A stretch of DNA of 20,280 bases, from the NCBI GenBank assembly GCA_000165425.1, contig CT868657.1:186001-206280 (forward strand). Reading direction: 5' to 3'. The stretch comes from Paramecium tetraurelia (taxonomy: Eukaryota). Below the pieces are notes generated by a model. The model was not told where the DNA came from, ran no database searches, and saw nothing but the letters and a program-made list of their open reading frames with translations. A program made the translations under genes and the position numbers. The first letter of the stretch is position 1. The number at the start of each line of letters is the position of its first letter. This document shows, piece by piece, positions 12,401-20,280 of the stretch.

Positions 12401-15400
12401 AACCTAATTGAGTCAACCTGTACTAGAAGTCTTAATGAATTTGTATCGATTTGCTATTAAGAATTAACTATCTAAATAATAATTGTACAATCTGATGAAC
12501 CTCAATAAATCAGGATGGATACAAAGTGAAGAATTGGAATAGGCAATCCATATGATTGATCCACAGATTTAGCTTACTTAGATCAGAGCTTTGAGTTCTT
12601 ACCTAACACAAGAGGATTAGTTGATAAAGGTGGGAAATCTAATTAAGTTGATATACATAGGAGGGTCTTTAAATGACAATTCAATCGAAGTCAATGCCTT
12701 TTTCACCCGAGTATTCGAGCCCTCCTTACTACATGATATTGTGCAATTGGAACAAATAGGAACAGGATTTGATGGTCTGGTGCCCTAGATAACAATATCT
12801 TTGTAGGATTTCCTCCATTTGGTTCCCAAACATAAAGAGTAGGATATTGCTTTAATGATTAAATCCTTTGGATTGAAATAAGATTAATTAGATTTAGAGA
12901 AAATTTATGAATGTCTAATCAATATAAATGAAGATTTACAAGTGGGCTCTAAATTGTAATGCAAGGAAGGGAAGTAAGAGTAAATTATTGAAGAGATGCC
13001 TCTTGAGTAGAGTGTCGTATTAAAATTTTAGGATTAGAGAGTGCAATAAAATACCTTGAAGGGGTAATATGAAATGGAAATCATTGAACATATTTGTGCC
13101 ATTTTGAATTAAAATTAAATGTCACTAATGAAATCAGTGTTCTAGGAGAAAGGGTATCTGAGTGTCCAAGAGTTCCAATTATTACTGAATAACATCGGTG
13201 TTTGTTTGAGTATTGATTAAGTCAGAGCATTAATAAAACTATTTGATTTCAAGTCTGATGGCAATATCTTACATTATACTGAACTATTATCTGTAATCGA
13301 ACAATAGGGTTATTAGATAATAAAGGATGAAGCACAATAGGTCAATGTTTATAATAAATTATTGTAAAAGTTCTTTACTCTTGAATTCGGAGATCTGAAT
13401 TACAATGATTAAATGACTGTGAACGAATTTTATAGATTGATATCTTTAGAAGGAGAGAGACATCCATTCGATGATAATGAGTTTTAGAGACTTGCTAATT
13501 TATTTACATAACAAGGAATGATACAAAAAAATTTGATTCTTAGAATTCTGGGAACTCAAAAATAGAATTTCGTTGATCATGACTTAATTGATAAATAACT
13601 ATTGAAAAATATCTTCTACAGATTCAATGGATTTGAATTGGTCTTGAATTGCATCAAGAAAATAAGGGAACTATTTAATTAAAATGTTGAATCTATCAAA
13701 TAACAAGATGATAGTGGTTTGATGTAGGTCTCTTTACAAATTAATGTAAATAACATATACTTAAAAATCTAATAAATCATGAATTACATTTTAAATGACA
13801 TCCAATTAATTTAAGCAGGAGTGTTCAATCTGTTGAATCAATAATTTTAAGCTTAATATATTCAACCACATCTAACAATTCGATCTGAGAGAACGAAAAT
13901 GTCTCAGATGTAATTATCATTAACTAGTGTATTCTTAACACCTATTCCTGAAACCCAATTTATTCCTATTCATATACCATCAATCGAAGGAAAATAGATG
14001 TATTACATGCTAGGTAGAATAGCTGCAAACAATGCCCCAGTCATAGTTAGTGTGTGGACTGTTCCTATTTTATAAACAGTGTGTTATGATGGAGTAATGT
14101 TGAGATAACATATAATGGAAGTGCTAAGATTTTAATCCATTCTGAATTAGACATGCAAACTCTACGGAGTATGTGAAAAGAAGAATAATATGGGAACTGA
14201 AGTGCATGCATTTGTTCAATTTGAAGGTACCAATCTAAACACTGTATGTTAATAAACTGGAGGATTGCTTAAGATTCCTCAGTTAGTTTTAAGTGGCCAA
14301 ATGATCTACGTGGCTAAATTGTGGTTGGGATAGATATTATCTATTATGTGTGATATTCAAAATTATGGCTACGCATTTCCAATGATGAGGACTGAAATTT
14401 TATACCTTTTTAATGATGAAGTACATTTAAGCGAATTGACTGGCATCTAATCAGTCAATATCAACAAATTCTAATCTGGAGTTGACATCAAACTTTTGGT
14501 TGAAAGTGTTCTACAATAAGAATACAAGGATCTTTCACTGGCTCCTGAGTTCTATAGTAAATCTATTTAAGAAATCACCAACATGGCTGATACATGGTCT
14601 TTTGGTGTCATTATATTTGAATTGTTATTTGGACACAAACCCTCGATTATTAGCAATTCTGGTTGCTACTAAGGAGACAAATATCTCTCCTTAACTGAAC
14701 CTTCAGATTATGAATAAGGGGATTTACTGTAGAAAGAAGTATTTTAGAATTTGAGAAAGGAATTAGCTGATATAATAGATATGAAAAGTTAGTCAATTAC
14801 CTAGTAGATCTTATTATAATTGGATCAAAAATCATTAGGTGCATATATTAAGCATTTGTTTAAGAATGTCAATGCTGATGAGTCGATGCTTAATCAAATT
14901 TCAGAGTTGATTGATTTGATGTGTTCTTGTTTATAATATGAACCACATAATAGACCACAATTATAGTCAATCTAAAAGAGTAACATCTTGAATGTTGATT
15001 TACAAAATGCAAGGTAGATTGCAAGGCCAATTATCAACTATAAAAACCCAAGGATTATTTTCGAAAGTCAAATATACTAACCTTCTAGATAAATTGCATT
15101 GGCAATAGTCAAGAATAAACCAGTTGAAATCGAATCCGTTGTGCAAATAATTAAATTGTTCAATCAAACCATCTTATTCAGTATCATGGATGAATAGAAA
15201 CTAGATTTGATAAGCTATCTATTCCATAGTAGAGTGTTAGACATCTTAAATTTCATTGTGTTGCACCTAAACTATAAATATGATTTACCACAATTAGTTC
15301 AATAATTCTCATAAATATTTATTGAACTTTAATAGCATTTGCAGTAGCAAGAGTCACCAGCTAGTCAACATGTTGAAGCCATTATAACCACTTTAGTCAA

Positions 15401-18238
15401 ATTTACTCTTGGAGAACCATATAGATTAATAAGTGATAAAATGTTCATGGCTCCAGAGGCAGGATTCTTTTCAATTAGGGATGACGAGTTAGATCATGAA
15501 TTTAAGGATAAGAATCAATTTTATTCTTATTGGACTCCCAGCATTTATAAAATAGTAGCTCCAATTTATAAAGATATGATAAGTGAGAGTGGTGTAGGTA
15601 GTGGTAATATGGTTGCCATTAGAAATTATATTCAATTATGCACTGAAAAATAGGTATCTCCATTTGATATGAATAAATTTGCTGTTAATGTGGCTCCTGT
15701 TAAGTATAATACGATAGCACGCTCATCTGAATACTATAGTGAAGTTATGTCAGTGTCAGATTCGCATCTCTAAATTGCCAATTATCTGAATGGATCCTTT
15801 AGTAAATCCTCTGTTAAGATTGCTCTTAACTATGTATCCTCTTTGATCAAATCAAACAAAATTAGCAAATTATAGGTTTTAGTAGATAGCAGAATTACCA
15901 ATCTCTTGATTTAACTAGTTACTGATCAAGAATTCAGAACTAGTGTTCTATAAATGTTTGCTCATATTACTATTGCATTCCGTAATGAAGTTCCTACGAG
16001 TTTGAGAATTGAGCATTCCAATTAAGGTTTAGTCCAATAATATTAATAAAATAATGCTGTCCATTTACTTCGAAATCTTTCTATTATTAGTCACATTTTA
16101 ACCAATAAAAACAAATTATCAAATGAGCGATTTTTGTCATTCCAACCAACAGAATAAAATTAATCAGAATCAAATAAAATTCAATAGTTAAACTTATATG
16201 TTGCTGAATAAATCTTTGCATTGCCCACAATTTATCAAGGCCTCTTTGTTGACATTAAGACTGATCCTGACTTGGTGTATAAAATAATAGGCAACTTATT
16301 ATAATGGCCTAAAGTTGGCAAATACGCCCTAGGTGGATCTACTTAACAATTGCTCGTTGAGATGTTTAGACCTATGGCATTGTAAGCTGAACACAAAAAG
16401 TCAAATAATCTCTAATTAAGCTTAAAACTGTATGATGAAATTATCACCATGGCATTACCTAATACTATAGATTTAATACATTCTAGCAAAGTCAGAATAA
16501 TGTTACAAACTCACAATTTGTTAGTTCCTGAAAAATCATCCTCAGAGAAGTTTGTTAAAATATCGAAATCCCTAAGCAATCAATGGAAGGAGTAAAAGTC
16601 AACTATCATTCAAGAGATTAGGGATTAAGTATCCATCCTAATGAATGGAAGAAGCTTGACTAGAAAATAAATACCACCTATATTTGGATAGATTAAGTAG
16701 GCTCTTAAATAAATTCAAGCCTATGTTGTATACACAAGTAAAGATAAATTATTAAGTAATCAGGAGGAGAGAAGGTTCATTAGCAATGCCTTTTAGATGA
16801 TCATGAGCATTTTCAATGATCTATTAACTTTCGGGTAATTGCATCAAGAATGCTGCGATTTATTACAATCTCTTGCAGATTTTATCATGTACATTACTCT
16901 AATTTCACCTCTGTTAATTTTTGATATTGAAGATATGCAAGGTACTAAGAATTCTATAATATGGCTCAGAGATACTGTTGATTTTATATATGAATTCCAT
17001 ATTGAATGGGATAGAGTTAATGAAGAAAGACGAATGAGAATAGAAGAAATTAATAGATTGAAGTAAGAAGAATAAGAAAAAAACTAAAAGTTTGTTGAAT
17101 CCTTATAACTAAAATAAAACATTTAAGAATCTAAAATAAATAAAAATGTCACTTTTAAATTACCAACTGAAAAATCTATGATCCTAAATTAATAATAGTT
17201 ATAAAGCTAATCTTAATCATAATTCTAATCGCAACTATAATCTATCAAGCATTCTTAGTAAGTGAGTATTGCCATGTAAAATTAATCATTGTAATAGTCG
17301 CAAATTACTGTGAATAATCAACTGTCGCAAACTCAATTGGTAAAGTCACAAACCAATTAATCATAAATAAAAAATATTAGTAAAAGATTGCAAGAACCTC
17401 CCAATTCATAATCTTAACTTCAATTAGAATATGCAGTCAAATTGGAATTAAGACCATACTCTTCAAATAAATTGATCTAGTGTGCTCTTAATTTGCTTAA
17501 ATGTTTAACAGCTATTATCGATTCAAATATAAACTAATATTTGTAACTATTAACATTTTTGAATATCGGAACCTGGTACACAAACCTCACATTTAAATAA
17601 TGGATAATTTTCGATAGAGTTGTTGGCCCATCTTTAGAAGAAACCCTTATTATAAAAAATTAAGTAGATGAATCTATGGTCAGAACTTCCTTATTTGAGG
17701 CTATTGGCAAATGCTAGAATCATGGGTTATAAGAGCAATTAATAAATGCAGGATTTATTAAAGGAATTTTCAGTTATCTACTAAATAATACAAGATCTTT
17801 TGAAGTTTAAAAAATAGTCAAAACGCATTCCTATGTTCCATTTATACATTGGATGCCTTATCGACATGAAGCATTAATTTATTTTACTGCAATCATTTGG
17901 GAACGTAAGAACTGTGTGAACTTTTACAATGAAATGATGATTGAAGTACATGCACGTAACACACTCTAAGAGGAAAGCAATCATCTCACTACTAAGGTTG
18001 ACAATAAAAGTAAGGAAGCAAATAGTACAATCATGTTCACTAGAGTCTATATGCTCTGCATTTTGATATCAGCCAATGATAGTGGACTTTTATTCTTGAT
18101 GGTAATTTATTTATAATATCCTAGAAATAACTTAAAATAAGTTAAAAGCTATTATAATTGTTCCAAACGAATGAGGACTTTAGGCAATTATTTTAGGGAA
18201 TATATTAGTATTTAGTCTCTGAAGAGTTGGAGCTTTGA
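3401..18238 (+). CDS. giant (~4,922 aa) protein: IQ motif, multiple EF-hands, WD40/beta-propeller-like segments, pseudokinase domain, ARM/HEAT-like helical C-terminus
   Basis: ATG at 3401. Exons 3401-3518, 3542-3682, 3706-18101 and 18125-18238. Manual translation found no in-frame TGA in 3706-18101. The track ORFs at 3807, 4047, 5421, 6162, 12177, 15441 and 16839 all lie in this frame. EF-hands DYNKDGHIEFNE (4170) and DINNNNSIQYME (4278). Kinase C-lobe motifs LAPEF (14538), DTWSFGVIIFELLFG (14589) and CLQYEPHNRP (~14930-14957). Confidence 0.92.
3519..3541 (+). other. spliceosomal intron, 23 nt
   Basis: GTATTT...TATTAG. Removal restores the frame. Confidence 0.85.
3683..3705 (+). other. spliceosomal intron, 23 nt
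   Basis: GTAAGT...ATTTAG. Contains an in-frame TGA. Removal joins exon 2 to the 14.4-kb frame. Confidence 0.9.
18102..18124 (+). other. spliceosomal intron, 23 nt
   Basis: GTAATT...TCCTAG. Removal gives the terminal exon KQLKISQKLLQLFQTNEDFRQLFQGIYQYLVSEELEL* with TGA at 18236-18238. Confidence 0.85.
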
Positions 18239-18307
18239 AGTATTTTTTTATGAATAAATATTATTGAATGACAAAAAAATATTCATTTGAAACAATTATT
18301 TGAAGAA

Positions 18308-18658
18308 TCACTCCGTAACAAATGTCACTTATGTGATTTCAAGGAGACTCTCCCTTAAAATAGGAAATGCTTAACTAAAGTGTTTATCATTGTATAAGTA
18401 TTCAATAATTTCAGATGCTTCATGCAGTAATTTCATCTTAGATTATTAACATGTAACTATATATAGTTTTTGTTTAATTTCAACTAAAGTTTGAATTCGT
18501 TCTTGTAAGTATCCACCTAAAGTGTGAGTATCTCCGACCAATTCTAAATATAGAGACAACCGTTAGCAGGTGAAATCCAATTTCTGAGGTGAAATTCTTT
18601 CGCTTATCCTCATTACATTGCTTTATCTTCTTTGTCTAGAAGTATGACAAGCACCCAT
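18308..18658 (-). CDS. 116-aa uncharacterised helical protein with predicted N-myristoylation/palmitoylation signal
   Basis: Intronless ORF MGACHTSRQRRQSNVMRISERISPQKLDFTCQRLSLYLELVGDTHTLGGYLQERIQTLVEIKQKLYIVTCQQSKMKLLHEASEIIEYLYNDKHFSQAFPILRESLLEITQVTFVTE*. It converges on the giant gene with a 69-nt gap. Confidence 0.8.
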
Positions 18659-19621
18659 TAAATTCCTAGTTTTAACTTTTTTTCTATAGATTAAATTTAT
18701 TTATTATTACTAAATTATTAAGGTGCTTTTTAAATTTATTTCAATTTAATTCAACTTCTATTTCAAGCCAGATAATTGATATTCCTATCACAGTTGAAGA
18801 ACAAAAGCCCATCACTACTGAGTAATATAAAGAACATAGTAATTTTCGTTTAGAATGAAAATTCAGAGGTCTTTATGCTATTAACTTTATTCTAAATTAG
18901 TTATGCTCATATCCAATATTTATGTTGAAATTTTTGGGAATTCTAGAAACGACTTAATTCCTATAAAGCAAAAAACTTATAAGAGTGTCAATAATCTTAA
19001 AGAGACCTTAAAAAAGGTTTCCTGAACAGATATGGTATTATATAATCAGTATTATCGATGTTTTAGACTAATTAATTCACTTATTTTTAGTTAAAACTGA
19101 GGTCCATTCATAACCAGATCAAAGATATTGTTACAAGATATAAAAATAATAAAAAGAATATTCTTAAGATAATAATTTGCACTATTCGTTGAATTTCATT
19201 TAGATTTGAAAATGTTCATTAGCCGATATTTCCAAAATACTTTAGATAATAATATTGTTTGGTAGCATAACAGCAGGTAGAAAATATTAAAAAGACTTAG
19301 AAGCCTATAATTTATGTATAAATTAAATATAGAAAAGTATTTCATTAAGGATAGATCTTGAAGAGTGGCTTAGAGATGATTGAATGGTTTTTAATGTGAA
19401 TTATGGTTTTATTATTGTAAATAAAGGATAGATTTGTATTAAGGAAATGAATTAGGTTAAGTTATAAAGATGCTAAAGATGTCATATACATTATTGATAT
19501 GGAATAAATTAAAAAGGAGGATTAATCAACTAAAATAAATATTCAATTAAGATTCTTGTAATACTTTAGTATATATAATTGAGTATAAAAAAGTGGTTTA
19601 AATAATTAAAATTTATAATTA

Positions 19622-19638
19622 ATATATATATATATATA
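19622..19638. repeat. (AT)n microsatellite just downstream of the EF-1alpha stop codon
   Basis: ATATATATATATATATA seen directly. Confidence 0.7.
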
Positions 19639-19641
19639 ATA

Positions 19642-20280
19642 TCATTTTTTTTTATTTTCTTTTTTTTCAACAGATTTAATTACTCCAACTGCAACAGTTT
19701 GTTTCATGTCTCTTACTGCAAATCTACCAAGAGGTGGATATTCAGAAAAGGCTTCAACACAAATTGGTTTGGTTGGTATTAATTTAACAATTGCAGAATC
19801 TCCAGATTTAATAAATTTAGGATTTTCTTCAATTACTTTAGCTGATCTTTTATCAATTTTAGATATTATCTAATCGAACTTACATGCAACATGAGCTGTA
19901 TGACAATCTAAAACTGGACAATATCCATTTTAAATTTAACCAGGATGATTGATTATTATCACTTGAGCATTAAATGAAGTAGATTCTTTTGCTGGATCAT
20001 TTTTAGAATCAGAAGCAACATATCCTCTTTATAAATCTTTTACTGATACACCTTTGACATTAAAACCTACATTGTCTCCTGGTATGGCTTCTGGGTGATC
20101 TTAGTGATGCATTTCTATGGATTTCACTTCTGATGCTATTCCTGAGGGAGCAAATTAGATTACCATTCCTCTTGTCAACACTCCAGTTTCTACTCTTCCC
20201 ACTGGAACAGTTCCAATACCACCTATTTTATATACATCTTGTAATGGAAGTCTAAGTGGCTTTTCTGTGGGTCTCTTTGG
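19642..20280 (-). CDS. EEF1A: translation elongation factor 1-alpha, domains II-III (5'-truncated by the window edge)
   Basis: [33 protein letters not shown]...[10 protein letters not shown]...[25 protein letters not shown]...[32 protein letters not shown]. 213 codons including the TGA at 19644-19642. Confidence 0.97.

Noticed and set aside
14482..14694. Track ORF of 70 aa
   Set aside because: Out of frame with the pseudokinase motifs (APE, DTWSFG), which lie in the main frame.
1..20280. Prokaryotic systems, CRISPR arrays, transposons, telomeric repeats, retained IESs, tRNA/rRNA
   Set aside because: None seen. The DNA is eukaryotic, the coding frames are intact, and I found no repeat-spacer arrays, terminal inverted repeats or C4A2/C3A3 tracts.

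Overview
Eukaryotic, AT-rich DNA from a ciliate. TAA/TAG encode Gln and TGA is the only stop (translation table 6). The 22-25-nt GTA...TAG introns and compact gene packing point to Paramecium, most likely the macronuclear genome. The supplied ORF track uses the wrong genetic code and mostly shows fragments or off-frame artefacts. Read by hand in code 6, the window holds: (1) the 3' part of a coiled-coil protein gene (<1-1434, +); (2) a possible small secreted protein (1642-1893, +); (3) a TB2/DP1/HVA22 (REEP/Yop1) gene (2285-2654, -); (4) a 79-aa single-pass membrane microprotein with a C-terminal RVxF-type motif (2874-3113, -); (5) one giant gene (3401-18238, +; about 4,922 aa; three 23-nt introns and a 14.4-kb exon) combining an IQ motif, many EF-hands, split beta-propeller-like segments, a pseudokinase domain and a helical (ARM/HEAT-like) tail; (6) a 116-aa protein with an MGAC acylation signal (18308-18658, -); (7) the 3' half of an EF-1alpha gene with AT-rich codon usage (19642->20280, -). 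All translations were done manually and no database searches were possible.
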